Assembly (NCBI GenBank): GCA_004293485.1
Contig: RDYW01000033.1
Span: forward strand, 28,649-92,648
DNA length: 64,000 nt
DNA from: Sphingobacteriales bacterium
GTDB lineage: Bacteria > Bacteroidota > Bacteroidia > Sphingobacteriales > Sphingobacteriaceae
Direction of reading: 5' to 3'
The notes beneath the pieces were generated by a model. The model worked only from the letters and a program-made list of their open reading frames with translations. It was not told where the DNA came from and searched no databases. The translations under genes and the position numbers were made by a program. This document shows positions 8,665 through 19,091 of the stretch, in pieces (the stretch's first letter is position 1; each line of letters opens with the position of its first letter).

Positions 8665-11187
8665 TTAATTAAAGCCACCCATTTGCTGTGCTATACTAAA
8701 TGTGAATGATTGTTTACCACCGTCTTGTAAACCCGTTATAGGGTCAAAAGCGTGGCCATAATCCAAACCTAGCAAGCCAAAAATAGGTAAAAATATTCGA
8801 GCACCTACGCCTACCGAACGGCGAACATTAAAAGGATTGAAACTGCTAAACCTATTCCAGGTGTTACCGCCCTCGGCAAAACCCAATACAAATACTGTTG
8901 CCGATTGGCTTAGTGAAATAGGGTAGCGCATTTCGAGCATATATTTTGTAAAAATAGGGCTACCAGAATTGGTAGCTATGCCTTCGGATGCTACAGCATT
9001 ATTGGCGTAGCCACGCATGGCTATTACTTCGGAGCCCTGTAAAAAATCGAAACCTTGCATACCATCGCCCCCAAGCTTAAACCTACCAAACGGCGCTTGC
9101 CCTACTTGCCGGTTATAAAAACCAATAAATCCAAATTGTGCTTGTGCTTTTAATATTAGCTTGCCATATATTTTTTGGAAAAATTGAGATTCGAATTTCC
9201 ATTTATGATATTCGGAAAACTGGTAACGCTGCGAGGTGGTTAAGTTATCATAATTTTTGCCGTTTAATAGCGAGTAGGGTGGGGTGGCTTGTACAGTAAA
9301 TTTTAAATTAGAGCCCGAGGTAGGAAATATAGGGGCATCAACTGAGTTGCGGCTTAAAACTTGGCTGATACTTAAATCGTACGAATCGCCGTTGGTAAAC
9401 AAAAATCCGCTGTAATTTCGTAGTTTATATTGCTGTAAATTGGCGGCATAATCAACCCTAAAATAATCGTCTGGAAATTTAAGTTGCTTACCTAAACTAA
9501 ACGTAATACCGTTTAGCCTAATTTTTTGTTGGTTAATATCGCTGTTAGGCCTGCCATTACTTTGCAATGATGTAAAGGCACTTATACCAAAGTAAACAGG
9601 TTTTTTACCGCCAAACCAAGGTTCCGAAAACGAAAAACTATACGATTGATAAAACTTTCCATTGGTTTGCCCTCTAATACTTAGTTTTTGCCCATCGCCT
9701 TTGGGTAGTGGTTTATAGGCTTTGGCATTAAAAATATTTTTTGCCGAAAAATTATTAAACGTTAAACCTAAAGTACCTACAATACGGCCACCGCCAAATC
9801 CACCAGAAAGTTCTACTTGGTCTGATGGTTTTTCTACTACAGTATATTGTATATCTACTGTTCCGTCGGCAGGGTTGGGTATGGGTTTCATATCCATTTT
9901 TTGTTCGTCGAAATTACCTAATTGTACAATTTGCCTTTGTGAGCGTATAAGTGCTTCTTTCGAAAATTTTTGCCCAGGTTTGGTACGTATTTCTCTTAGT
10001 ATTACTTTATCGTTGGTAAGTTCGTTTCCTTTAATAATTATTTTGTTGATGGTGTATTGTGGCCCTTCAGATAAGCGTACTTCAATATCAATGGTATCTT
10101 TATAAATGCGGGTTTGTATAGGGTCGATATTAAAGGTAAGATAGCCATCGTTTAAGTAAAGCGATGAAACATCGTCGTTTGATGGGCTGCTACGTAGGCG
10201 TTTTTCTAGTTTTTCTTCGCTAAATACTTCGCCTTTATCAATACGAAGTATTTGTTTTAGTATATCGCTGCTATATTTTGCATTGCCAGCAAAGGTTATG
10301 TTACCAAAATAGTATATGGGGCCTTCATGTATTTTTAAATCTATGGCTACGGTATTTTTATCATGCTTATATACCGAATCTGAAAGTATTTCGGCTTCGC
10401 GGTAGCCTTTTGCCCTCATCTTAGCAATCATGGTTGCTTTGTCTTCTTCGTATTTTTCTTTTAAAAATTTGCCCGATCCAAACACTTTATAAAATGCTTT
10501 TTGTTTCGTTTTTTTAAGATACTTTTTAAGTTTAGCATCTGTAAATATGGTGTTTCCTTCGATATTAATGGCGTGTACCTTTACTTTTCGGTGTTTATTT
10601 ACAGTTATGGCTACTATACGGCTGTTTACATCTGAAGTATCGTTGCTTATGGCTACATCAACCGAGGTGTTTAAATAGCCTTTATCTACAAAATGTTTTT
10701 TAATAACGGTATTTATAGTGTTGTTTAAATTTTCGTTTACAATTTTTCCTTTTTGGTTATTTAGTTTTTCTCTAATATCGGTGGTTTCGCTTTTGCTAAG
10801 TCCTTTAATATCAATACGCCCTACTCTTGGCCTTTCGGCTAGGTTTAAATCAAAAAAAATGGTGTCTTGTTTAATACTGGCAATTACTAATTCTACATTG
10901 TCGAATAATTTTTGTGCCCACAAGTTTTTTACTGCATTTGAGGTGGCATCGCTTGGTACAGTAATGGTTTCGCCTACTGTGAGTTTTGATAGGGTTATCA
11001 ATACCGATTTATCCAAATAAACTACTCCGTTTACATTTATGCCGCCTATAATATATTGTTTAGGGTTTAAATAAGCCGAACTATCGGTAGAGGTTTGGCT
11101 AGTATTTCTTGAGCGTAAAGAAGGTGCTTGTGCAAAACTTGTTACCGCAAAACCAAGTATAAGTAGTATAAAAAAGTATTTATTCAT
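8665..11187 (-). CDS. bamA: Outer membrane protein assembly factor BamA
   Basis: POTRA repeats, QVELSGGFGG, SFSEPW, loop-6 motif IAMRGY, ELRY-like EMRYP, FGLLGLDYG. Confidence 0.95.
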   Translation of the reverse strand: MNKYFFILLILGFAVTSFAQAPSLRSRNTSQTSTDSSAYLNPKQYIIGGINVNGVVYLDKSVLITLSKLTVGETITVPSDATSNAVKNLWAQKLFDNVELVIASIKQDTIFFDLNLAERPRVGRIDIKGLSKSETTDIREKLNNQKGKIVNENLNNTINTVIKKHFVDKGYLNTSVDVAISNDTSDVNSRIVAITVNKHRKVKVHAINIEGNTIFTDAKLKKYLKKTKQKAFYKVFGSGKFLKEKYEEDKATMIAKMRAKGYREAEILSDSVYKHDKNTVAIDLKIHEGPIYYFGNITFAGNAKYSSDILKQILRIDKGEVFSEEKLEKRLRSSPSNDDVSSLYLNDGYLTFNIDPIQTRIYKDTIDIEVRLSEGPQYTINKIIIKGNELTNDKVILREIRTKPGQKFSKEALIRSQRQIVQLGNFDEQKMDMKPIPNPADGTVDIQYTVVEKPSDQVELSGGFGGGRIVGTLGLTFNNFSAKNIFNAKAYKPLPKGDGQKLSIRGQTNGKFYQSYSFSFSEPWFGGKKPVYFGISAFTSLQSNGRPNSDINQQKIRLNGITFSLGKQLKFPDDYFRVDYAANLQQYKLRNYSGFLFTNGDSYDLSISQVLSRNSVDAPIFPTSGSNLKFTVQATPPYSLLNGKNYDNLTTSQRYQFSEYHKWKFESQFFQKIYGKLILKAQAQFGFIGFYNRQVGQAPFGRFKLGGDGMQGFDFLQGSEVIAMRGYANNAVASEGIATNSGSPIFTKYMLEMRYPISLSQSATVFVLGFAEGGNTWNRFSSFNPFNVRRSVGVGARIFLPIFGLLGLDYGHAFDPITGLQDGGKQSFTFSIAQQMGGFN

Positions 11188-11245
11188 GTATTTTATGAGG
11201 TGCTAAAATAGCGGTAAACTTTGTTAATTTTTGTTAATTAAAATT

Positions 11246-11986
11246 TTAGGTAAGCTGTTCGCTAGTAAGTCCAAATCGGCGTTCGCGTTTTTGAAAGTTA
11301 TAAATGGCTTCAAATAAGTCGTTCCGCCTAAAATCGGGCCAAAGTTTAGGAGTAAAATATAGTTCGGCGTAGGCAATTTCCCATAATAAATAATTGCTTA
11401 CCCGGTGTTCGCCACTGGTGCGTATCAATAGTTCGGGGTCGGGCAGGTTATGGGTATTTAAATGATGGCTAAAAAGTGTTTCGTTTATTTCGGCAGGTTG
11501 TAATTGTCCGTTTTTTACTTTTTGGGCAATGTTTTTGGTAGCTTGGGTTATATCCCATCGGGCACTATAACTTAAAGCTAGGGTTAGGGTAAGCCGATAG
11601 TTATGTGCGGTTTTTTGCATTGCTTCGTTTAATTCGCGTTTACAATTTGTAGGCAAGGCATCCATATTTCCTATTACGTTTAGCCTTACATTGTTGTTTA
11701 TTAATGTTTGGGTTTCTTTGTGTATGGTTGATATAAGTATTTCCATAATGGCGGCCACTTCAAGCTTGGGGCGGTTCCAGTTTTCGGTCGAAAATGCGTA
11801 AAGGGTTACATATTCGATACCTATTTCGGTGGCTCCTTCTATAACATCTTTTACCGATATTATTCCGTTTTTATGGCCAAATACCCTAAGTTTTCCTTTT
11901 TCTTTTGCCCATCGGCCGTTACCATCCATTACAATAGCAATGTGCTTGGGTAGTTTTGATAGGTTTATCTGCTCCTTAAAATCCAT
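11246..11986 (-). CDS. uppS: Undecaprenyl diphosphate synthase (isoprenyl transferase)
   Basis: HIAIVMDGNGRWA, LYAFSTENWNRP, LLIRTSGEHRVSNYLLWE, RERRFG. Confidence 0.97.
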   Translation of the reverse strand: MDFKEQINLSKLPKHIAIVMDGNGRWAKEKGKLRVFGHKNGIISVKDVIEGATEIGIEYVTLYAFSTENWNRPKLEVAAIMEILISTIHKETQTLINNNVRLNVIGNMDALPTNCKRELNEAMQKTAHNYRLTLTLALSYSARWDITQATKNIAQKVKNGQLQPAEINETLFSHHLNTHNLPDPELLIRTSGEHRVSNYLLWEIAYAELYFTPKLWPDFRRNDLFEAIYNFQKRERRFGLTSEQLT

Positions 11987-12005
11987 TAATATGTAAAAAA
12001 ATGCT

Positions 12006-12788
12006 TTAAAACGAATAACATTTTTGGCTTACAAAGGTATAAGATAAGGTTATACCAGCAAATAGATAGGTGTCGTTTTTTCTAAAATCGCCTCGTTGGC
12101 TACCTGGGCTTGCTGAAGAGTTTATTGATCGGTCGGATAATGCCATTCTTAACGGTGTAAAATTGGCTAGTTCATTGGTGTTTGGGTAGTAACCGCTTAC
12201 ATCATCAATATAATCGGTAAATGCTTTGCGGTAGCCAAATTCGCCAATAATATTTAAGTTTTTGGTTAAGTTACATTTAACACCTAGGCCAAATGGTATG
12301 GCTAGGGCCGATGTTCGGTAATTTGCCTCTTGCCCTTCGGTACGGTAATTTTTAAGTTCGTAGGTAGTGTTATTGATAGTGGTTTTGGGGTTAAAAGTAA
12401 AGCCAGATAGGCCTGTAAATAAAAAAGGTGTTATTCGTTTTTTACCAAAAAGCCTTCCATAATCAAAAAAGTTAAATTCTACTTGTAGGCTTGCTTCGGT
12501 AATTGGGGTGTTAAAACTTAGGTTGCGTTCTTTTTCGATTGGGTTGTTTGATTTCGACATATCGGCACCTATTTGGCCTGATAATACCGAAAGTTTTACC
12601 GACCAGTAGCCATCTATGTTGTTTTTTATCATCCCACCAAAAGCCAAATGGCTAATTTTTAAATAATTGTTTTGATTAAGGTCGCCTATGTACCCCATGC
12701 TACCGCTAGTAAAGCCTACCTCCCATATTTGGGCTTGGCTTGTAACGCCAATAAAAATAAAAAGTAAGGTGATGATTTTTGATTTCAT
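12006..12788 (-). CDS. DUF6089-family outer-membrane beta-barrel (PorG-like)
   Basis: Signal peptide, GYIGDLN, RNLSF, EFNFFDY, AIPFGLGVK, GEFGYRK, FTDYIDD, D-x-Y-x-F-x-G-I-T-L-S-Y; between nadK and uppS. Confidence 0.75.
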   Translation of the reverse strand: MKSKIITLLFIFIGVTSQAQIWEVGFTSGSMGYIGDLNQNNYLKISHLAFGGMIKNNIDGYWSVKLSVLSGQIGADMSKSNNPIEKERNLSFNTPITEASLQVEFNFFDYGRLFGKKRITPFLFTGLSGFTFNPKTTINNTTYELKNYRTEGQEANYRTSALAIPFGLGVKCNLTKNLNIIGEFGYRKAFTDYIDDVSGYYPNTNELANFTPLRMALSDRSINSSASPGSQRGDFRKNDTYLFAGITLSYTFVSQKCYSF

Positions 12789-12793
12789 TAATT

Positions 12794-13675
12794 TTAATAG
12801 TTTCTGGTATCAATGCCCCAAAGTAATTTGTTTCTTAACGTTGATAAGTAGCTTTCATTGTTTAGCCGGATAAGATTGATGTTAAACGAGGCTCGTTTTA
12901 TTTGTAATTTAATGGTGTTATCTACAACTTCGGTTCGCGAATCGCAACTTACCAAATATTTGGCACTTCGCCCTTCTATTTCGAAAGTTAATATGCTGGC
13001 ATCGCTTAGCACTACTGGCCGCACATTTAGGTTGTGGGGCGATATGGGTGTAATAATAAAGTTTCCTGAACGAGGAAAAACGATGGGGCCACCACAACTC
13101 ATTGAATAGGCTGTTGAACCAGTGGGTGTTGCTACTATCAACCCATCGGCCCAATAGGAGTTTAAAAATTCGCCATCTTGGTAACAGTGGATAAGCATCA
13201 TGGCCGAAGTATCGCGTTTATGTATAGTAAAATCGTTGAGTGCAAAATTAAAGTTTTCGAAAAGTGTTTGGTTGGCATTTATTTCGAGCATGGTGCGTAC
13301 ATCGAGGGTAAATTGGCTGTTTAATATCCCATTAATGGCTCGCTTTATACCTTCTTTATTGATACTGGCTAAAAAACCTAATCGGCCAAAGTTAATGCCT
13401 ATGATGGGTATGCCCGTATCTTTTACCAAGGTTACAGTATCAAGCATGGTACCATCGCCGCCAAGGCTTACCAATATATGTAGCCTGTTTTTTAAATTTT
13501 CTTGTGATGTAAACGTGGTAAACTGTTGGGGTAAAAATAATTTATCGGATATAAAGGTGCAAAATTTATCATATACCAATATTTCGGCATTACCTTCTAT
13601 CAAACAATCAAAAACTTGTTGTACATAAGGTAAAACGGTGTTGTTAAAATCTCGTCCGTAAATGCCAATTTTCAT
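12794..13675 (-). CDS. nadK: NAD kinase
   Basis: LGGDGTML, GINFGRLGFL, ALND, ADGLIVATPTGSTAYSMSCGGP, PHNLNVRP. Confidence 0.96.
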   Translation of the reverse strand: MKIGIYGRDFNNTVLPYVQQVFDCLIEGNAEILVYDKFCTFISDKLFLPQQFTTFTSQENLKNRLHILVSLGGDGTMLDTVTLVKDTGIPIIGINFGRLGFLASINKEGIKRAINGILNSQFTLDVRTMLEINANQTLFENFNFALNDFTIHKRDTSAMMLIHCYQDGEFLNSYWADGLIVATPTGSTAYSMSCGGPIVFPRSGNFIITPISPHNLNVRPVVLSDASILTFEIEGRSAKYLVSCDSRTEVVDNTIKLQIKRASFNINLIRLNNESYLSTLRNKLLWGIDTRNY

Positions 13676-13687
13676 GCGGTTGCGGTT

Positions 13688-14353
13688 TTAAAAACTTAGG
13701 TAATTCATTAACGATTGGTACCTATCGGCAAGGTTGTTGTAATTATTTTGATGGTTAAAGGCTTTTTTAACATCAATTTTGTGTTGATTTAACGCCGCTA
13801 ATATTTGACTAATATCGGTTTTGTTTATTTTAAGGGTAATTTCTACCTGTGTTGATAGAGGTAAATATCGGGTAGAGGCACTTAAAATTTTGCTATCTTG
13901 GGATTCAATAATTTGGGCAATAAAGGCTAGTGAATTATCATTTGCATTAAGCTCAAGTACTATGATTGCGCCTTTTTCGGGTAACGATAGTAGGCTTGCA
14001 ATGTTTTCTAACAAGGTGTTTAAGCTTATTAAACCAAGGTATTTATGTGTGTCGTTTAATACAGGTACGAGCGATAATTGTAGTTCGTACACGGTTTTTA
14101 TTACATCGTAAATGTGTTGCTGTTGGTACACAAAATGGGTGTAATTGGGCTTTATAAGGGTTTCTAATAAAGTATCTTTGGCGCTTATTTTAATTAAATC
14201 GTCGTCGGATATTAAGCCCAAAAAGGTTAAATCCGAACTTACCATGGGCAATTGATTTACCTTAAAATCTAGCATAAGTACCCCTGCGCTTGCCACAGTA
14301 TCGGTGGGTTTTAAGGGTGGTATATGGTTAGAAATAAGGTTTAAGGCAATCAT
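13688..14353 (-). CDS. CBS-domain protein with ACT-like C-terminus
   Basis: Tandem CBS repeats (PPLKPTDTV..QLPMV..FLGLIS; LVPVL..YLGLIS), ends RYQSLMNYL. Confidence 0.8.
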   Translation of the reverse strand: MIALNLISNHIPPLKPTDTVASAGVLMLDFKVNQLPMVSSDLTFLGLISDDDLIKISAKDTLLETLIKPNYTHFVYQQQHIYDVIKTVYELQLSLVPVLNDTHKYLGLISLNTLLENIASLLSLPEKGAIIVLELNANDNSLAFIAQIIESQDSKILSASTRYLPLSTQVEITLKINKTDISQILAALNQHKIDVKKAFNHQNNYNNLADRYQSLMNYLSF

Positions 14354-14357
14354 ATGT

Positions 14358-15113
14358 TTATAATTTATCCAAAAACTTGCGTAATATTTTATTAAATTCT
14401 TCGGGTTGTTCCATCATTGGGGCGTGGCCACATTTATCTATCCAAGCTAACTGGGCATTGGGCAATAAAGCTTCAAATTCTTCGGCTACTTCGGGTGGGG
14501 TTATTTTATCGTTTTTGCCCCATATTAGCATTACAGGCACTTTTATATGGTGTAAATCTTTCGACATGTTGTGCCTTATGGCCGATTTTGCCATGGCCAA
14601 TATCCTTATTACTTTATTTCGATCGTTTACCGTTTGGTACACTTCATCTACCAATTCTTTGGTGGCTACTTCGGGGTTATAAAAAGTATATTCTACTTTT
14701 TCTTTTATAAAATCGTAATTTTCGCGTTTAGGAAACGAGCCTCCAAAGGCGTTTTCGTATAAGCCCGAACTGCCAGTTAATACCAAACTTTTTACATATT
14801 CGGGGTGCGAGGTTACATATATTAAGCCCACATGCCCTCCCAGCGAATTGCCCAAAACGGTAACTTGGCTATATTGCTTAAACTTTACAAATTTATGCAC
14901 AAACTTAGCCAAACTTTTTACGCCAGTAGTTAAAAGTGGTAAATCGTATATAGGTAAAATAGGAATTACCACAGTGTAACTGCCTTTAAACTCGTTTATT
15001 ACTTTATCCCAATTGCTTAATGTACCCATTAAGCCATGCAGCAACAATAAAGTTGGCCCTTTGCCTTCTTCGATATATCTAAATCCGTTTTCTTCTTTAA
15101 TTTCCAATTCCAT
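14358..15113 (-). CDS. Alpha/beta fold hydrolase
   Basis: LLLLHGLMG, nucleophile elbow GNSLGG, LIWGKND, CGHAPMME. Confidence 0.9.
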   Translation of the reverse strand: MELEIKEENGFRYIEEGKGPTLLLLHGLMGTLSNWDKVINEFKGSYTVVIPILPIYDLPLLTTGVKSLAKFVHKFVKFKQYSQVTVLGNSLGGHVGLIYVTSHPEYVKSLVLTGSSGLYENAFGGSFPKRENYDFIKEKVEYTFYNPEVATKELVDEVYQTVNDRNKVIRILAMAKSAIRHNMSKDLHHIKVPVMLIWGKNDKITPPEVAEEFEALLPNAQLAWIDKCGHAPMMEQPEEFNKILRKFLDKL

Positions 15114-15214
15114 ATAGAATAAATTGCAAATTATGCTTTTTATGGTAAATAATATTATTTAGTGCCAAATTAATGTAAAAATAGGATGTGGCTAAAAAAA
15201 ACTAAGTTGTAAAT

Positions 15215-15664
15215 TTATTTCAAAATGGCTTTTATTGCTTCGGATATTGTTTTACCATCGGCCTTGCCTGCCATTTGTACATTGGCAGCTGCCATTACTT
15301 TGCCCATTTCTTTTATCGAAGTAATGTTTAGGTTTTGTATTATTTGAGTAATGGCAAGTTTAATTTCTTTGGGCGATAATTGTTGTGGTAAATATTGTTC
15401 TATTACTTCGGCTTCATCAGTTTCTATTTGGTAAAGGTCGGGCCGATTTTGGGTTTGATAAATTTCGGCCGATTCTTTTCGTTGTTTTATTAATTTTTGC
15501 AACACTTTAATTTCGGTTTCTTCTGATAAAATTTCAGTAGCTCCTTTTTCGGTTTTAGCAATCAATAGTGCCGATTTAATGGCCCTTAAAGCCCTTAATG
15601 CAACTTCTTGCTTGTTCAGCATAGCTGTTTTTATGGCGGTATTTACGGTGGTTTCTAACGACAT
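15215..15664 (-). CDS. GatB/YqeY domain protein
   Basis: IKTAML, LRAIKSAL, KQRKESAEIY, EQYLPQQLS, KEMGKVM, GKADGK. Confidence 0.9.
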   Translation of the reverse strand: MSLETTVNTAIKTAMLNKQEVALRALRAIKSALLIAKTEKGATEILSEETEIKVLQKLIKQRKESAEIYQTQNRPDLYQIETDEAEVIEQYLPQQLSPKEIKLAITQIIQNLNITSIKEMGKVMAAANVQMAGKADGKTISEAIKAILK

Positions 15665-15833
15665 GGTTTTTTGTATCGAATAATTTGTGGGTTAAAATTA
15701 ATAATTTTTATGCCAATACGTAGCCTATAATTGAGCCCCCAAAGCATAATTACTATATACTTTGTACCCTTAGGTAGCACCTTAAATTAAAATTGTTTTT
15801 GGCATACGTTTTGGCAGTTGCTATGGTAGCTAA

Positions 15834-16604
15834 TTATTCGAAATATAAGCTAAACTGAAAATTTCGTAAATACATTTTTTCGATGGGGTTTGCATAAGGC
15901 GTATAATCGCTTCTTAGCACACTGTTTATCGAGTTGCTTATTTTTATTTCGGGCGAAAGTTTAAAAAACTCGAAATACAAATCGAAACCTATACCTGCTT
16001 CGTACGAAAGTATGTTTTTATTGTTTTTTAAAAACTTAAATTCGGCACCAAGGATATTGTCGTCTTCTTTTTTGCGTGAGGCAATATTGGTGCCATATTT
16101 TATCCCACCTAAAATATAGGCCCTAAAATTATTTCGTCGTTCGGATTTTAGTTTAATACCTACCGGAAATTCCATCATTACGGCCGATACCACACGGCGG
16201 GTATATCCATCGGGCGATACTAGGCCTGGCTGGTCGAATGTTTTGGCGTTTTTAAATTCGTAATCCACTACTCTATCGGTAAAGGCTAGGGTGGGCGTAA
16301 ACCTAAAATCTACATTTTTGGTAATAAAAGCATTGGCTACAAAGCCAATACCAAAACCAGGGTTAGGTATCGAACGTATGCTTTTTACTTCGCCTGTTGT
16401 GCTGGTAAATCCTTTTTCGGGGTCTAAAAAAGCACTCTGCCAGTTATTATTACGTACTATTTTATACTCGGATGAGATGTATTGAAACGTAAAGCCAAAG
16501 TGTATATCTTCATCATCAACACCGCCACCAAAGTTACCTTGTGCTAATAGGCTGCCCGATAGCATAACAAAAGTGGTTGAGAGTAAAATTTTTAATTTAA
16601 TCAT
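15834..16604 (-). CDS. porT: Type IX secretion/gliding protein PorT (SprT)
   Basis: ATG 16604 overlaps the ubiE stop (ATGA); HFGFTF, PGFGIG, RFTPTLAF, KLKSER, GFDLYFEFFKLSPEIK, ends SLYFE. Confidence 0.85.
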   Translation of the reverse strand: MIKLKILLSTTFVMLSGSLLAQGNFGGGVDDEDIHFGFTFQYISSEYKIVRNNNWQSAFLDPEKGFTSTTGEVKSIRSIPNPGFGIGFVANAFITKNVDFRFTPTLAFTDRVVDYEFKNAKTFDQPGLVSPDGYTRRVVSAVMMEFPVGIKLKSERRNNFRAYILGGIKYGTNIASRKKEDDNILGAEFKFLKNNKNILSYEAGIGFDLYFEFFKLSPEIKISNSINSVLRSDYTPYANPIEKMYLRNFQFSLYFE

Positions 16605-17332
16605 TTGATGCCTGTATAAATGGAACAAATGCCAAACGCTAAAGGTGTACATTTGGTATCATTAAACCCTGCATTTTTCATTATTAACAAAAAATTATCG
16701 CCATCGGGGAAAGCCTCTACCGATGCAGGCAAATAAGTATAAGCACCATTATCTTTCGAAAAAAGTTTACCTATGGCTGGTGTAATGTGCTTAAAATAAA
16801 ATGTATACAATTGTTTTACAGGAAAAACTTTGGGTTTGCTAAATTCTAAAACTACCAGCTTGCCTCCTGTTTTTAAAACCCTATGTATATCGCTAAGCCC
16901 TTTTAGTAAATTATCAAAATTGCGTACACCGTAGGCTACGGTTGCAGCATCAAAAGTATTGTTGGCAAATGCTAAATTTTCCGAGTCGCCTAATTGTACC
17001 TCAAAAATCGATGATTTTTGCCTTTCGATAATTTTTTTATCGGCCACAGCCAGCATCCCAGCCGAAATATCAACGCCCATAATTTTTTCGGGTTTTAATA
17101 TTTTTATTGCTTCAAAAGCAAAATCGCCGGTGCCGGTGGCTATATCTAAAATATATTTGGGTTTATCTTTTAATAGCTGTTTGATGGCTTTTTTGCGCCA
17201 AATAATATCAATACCTAAAGATAAAAAATGATTTAAAAAATCGTACGTAGCCGATATATTGTTAAACATGGTGGCTACCTGCTTGGTTTTACTATCGGTA
17301 GTGTTTTGGTAAGGAGTAATTTTTTGTATCAT
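16601..17332 (-). CDS. ubiE: Demethylmenaquinone methyltransferase UbiE/MenG
   Basis: MFNNISATYDFLNHFLSLGID, LDIATGTGD, GVDIS, YGVRNF, VLEFS, YTYLPASV. Confidence 0.95.
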   Translation of the reverse strand: MIQKITPYQNTTDSKTKQVATMFNNISATYDFLNHFLSLGIDIIWRKKAIKQLLKDKPKYILDIATGTGDFAFEAIKILKPEKIMGVDISAGMLAVADKKIIERQKSSIFEVQLGDSENLAFANNTFDAATVAYGVRNFDNLLKGLSDIHRVLKTGGKLVVLEFSKPKVFPVKQLYTFYFKHITPAIGKLFSKDNGAYTYLPASVEAFPDGDNFLLIMKNAGFNDTKCTPLAFGICSIYTGIK

Positions 17333-17406
17333 TCGGATGCAAATATAATTATTTGCAAGTAGTTAGCAATTTAATATACAGTTTGCTAAAAAGATGTATC
17401 GATAGA

Positions 17407-19023
17407 TTATTTTTTAAATTTCTGGTAAAGCAAATACAACACACCCAATATACCCATTAAAATAAAAGGATATACCAACACATCGGGGTATTGGGTATAA
17501 AAAGTAAGTGTAGTATTTAGGTTAATGGTTTGATTAATGGCTGCCGGCTGCCACCACTGGCTTTGTTGCACTATATCGCCCCGCTGGTTTACAGTTGCCG
17601 ATATGCCCGTATTGGCCGACCGTACCACCCACCTTCGGTTTTCAATAGCTCTTAGTTTTGCATATTCGAGGTGTTGGTTTTTGCCTGGCGTATTTCCCCA
17701 CCAAGCATCGTTGGTAATAATGGCAATAAACTGCCCTCCTTGCTGTATATACTGTGCTACCCAATTTCCCCAGATAGATTCGTAACATATTACTGGCGAT
17801 GCCGCAATACCACTTTGGCTGTATAAATTATTGGGGCTTTGCTGGTAACCATAGCCACCGGTGGTGCCGCCAAATTTTTCGAAAACGGGTTTTAAAAAAT
17901 ATAAAACGGTGGTAAAAGGCATTTTTTCGACTCCGGGTACCAGTTTCGACTTATGGTAAAACTGAAGTTTTTCGCTGTTTTCGATGGCTACTGCCGCATT
18001 AAAAGTATCGTAATACACTTTATTATTTTTATCGTACGTAGCCGATGGGGTTTGTGGGCCAGTGTAGGTTAAAAAAGTTTCGGCTCCGGTAATTAAGGTA
18101 GCGTTTTTAAAGGGCTTTAAAAATGTTTTTACGGTGCTATAATTGGCCGTGTTTCTAAAATCTTGTTCGTGTGTTAAACCTGTTAATGCGGTTTCGGGCC
18201 AAATAAAAAATTCGGTATTTTTTTTCGCTTTTTGCTGGCTTAGTGTTATTAATGTATCAAGCTGTTGCTGTGCGGTTAAGCCACCGTATTTTAAATAGGG
18301 GTTTATATTGGGTTGTACAATTATTACGTTGCTTGGGTTTATTTCCTCGCTGTAATTATGGTACATTAGTAACGATGTACCTATGGGTATGGCAAGCCAT
18401 AATACCCATACAATTATTAATTTTTGTTTTATATTTTTAGCTGTAATGGTTTTATTAGGCAATAGTTTGTAAAACCTAAAAACTAAAATATTGCTTACCC
18501 AAACCCATAAGGTACCACCATAAACACCTGTATAGCTGTACCATTGCACCCATTGGTGGTTGCTTGCAAAGCCGTTACCTAAGGTCATCCAAGGAAACTT
18601 TAAATCCCAACTTTGGTGTAAATATTCGTAACACACCCAAAAACCAATCAATAAAATATCGGCCATTATTGGCTTAGTTATTGCCCTAGTTTTATGATAC
18701 AAAACAAAGCAAAGTGCCATTAATAGTGCGGCTAAACCAAACGGAATTAATGCCAAAATACAGGCAATAGCTGTGGGCATTACCGCATTTAACGAATTAA
18801 AAACCCAATAAATAGATGCGGTGTTCCATAAAAAGCAAGTAAGTAAGGCGAGTAAAAAAACAGCTTTACCCTTTTTGGCTTTCGCCGATACTTGAACACG
18901 ATGTACTGCCACCAACAAAGGAACAAATGCCACCAAAAGTAACAAAGAAACATAGGGCGTAGGTGGCCAAGCTAGCCACAATATACATGCCGATAAAAGC
19001 GATAAAAGTATGTTTTTTTTCAT
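17407..19023 (-). CDS. lnt: Apolipoprotein N-acyltransferase
   Basis: Multi-TM N-terminus, FPWMTLG, nitrilase triad in WPET, KSKLVPGVE, ICYES; TNDAWWG, RSANTGIS. Start placed at MKKNILL (19023). Confidence 0.93.
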   Translation of the reverse strand: MKKNILLSLLSACILWLAWPPTPYVSLLLLVAFVPLLVAVHRVQVSAKAKKGKAVFLLALLTCFLWNTASIYWVFNSLNAVMPTAIACILALIPFGLAALLMALCFVLYHKTRAITKPIMADILLIGFWVCYEYLHQSWDLKFPWMTLGNGFASNHQWVQWYSYTGVYGGTLWVWVSNILVFRFYKLLPNKTITAKNIKQKLIIVWVLWLAIPIGTSLLMYHNYSEEINPSNVIIVQPNINPYLKYGGLTAQQQLDTLITLSQQKAKKNTEFFIWPETALTGLTHEQDFRNTANYSTVKTFLKPFKNATLITGAETFLTYTGPQTPSATYDKNNKVYYDTFNAAVAIENSEKLQFYHKSKLVPGVEKMPFTTVLYFLKPVFEKFGGTTGGYGYQQSPNNLYSQSGIAASPVICYESIWGNWVAQYIQQGGQFIAIITNDAWWGNTPGKNQHLEYAKLRAIENRRWVVRSANTGISATVNQRGDIVQQSQWWQPAAINQTINLNTTLTFYTQYPDVLVYPFILMGILGVLYLLYQKFKK

Positions 19024-19091
19024 GTAAGCGTAAAGAGTTAAAAAAATGATTTGCAATACAATAGCCGATTTTTTATTAAAATCAACTATTT

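Noticed and set aside
15799-15815. Second TTGGCATACGTT motif resembling a sigma54 site
   Set aside because: The -12 position is GG rather than GC, and it faces no plus-strand gene.
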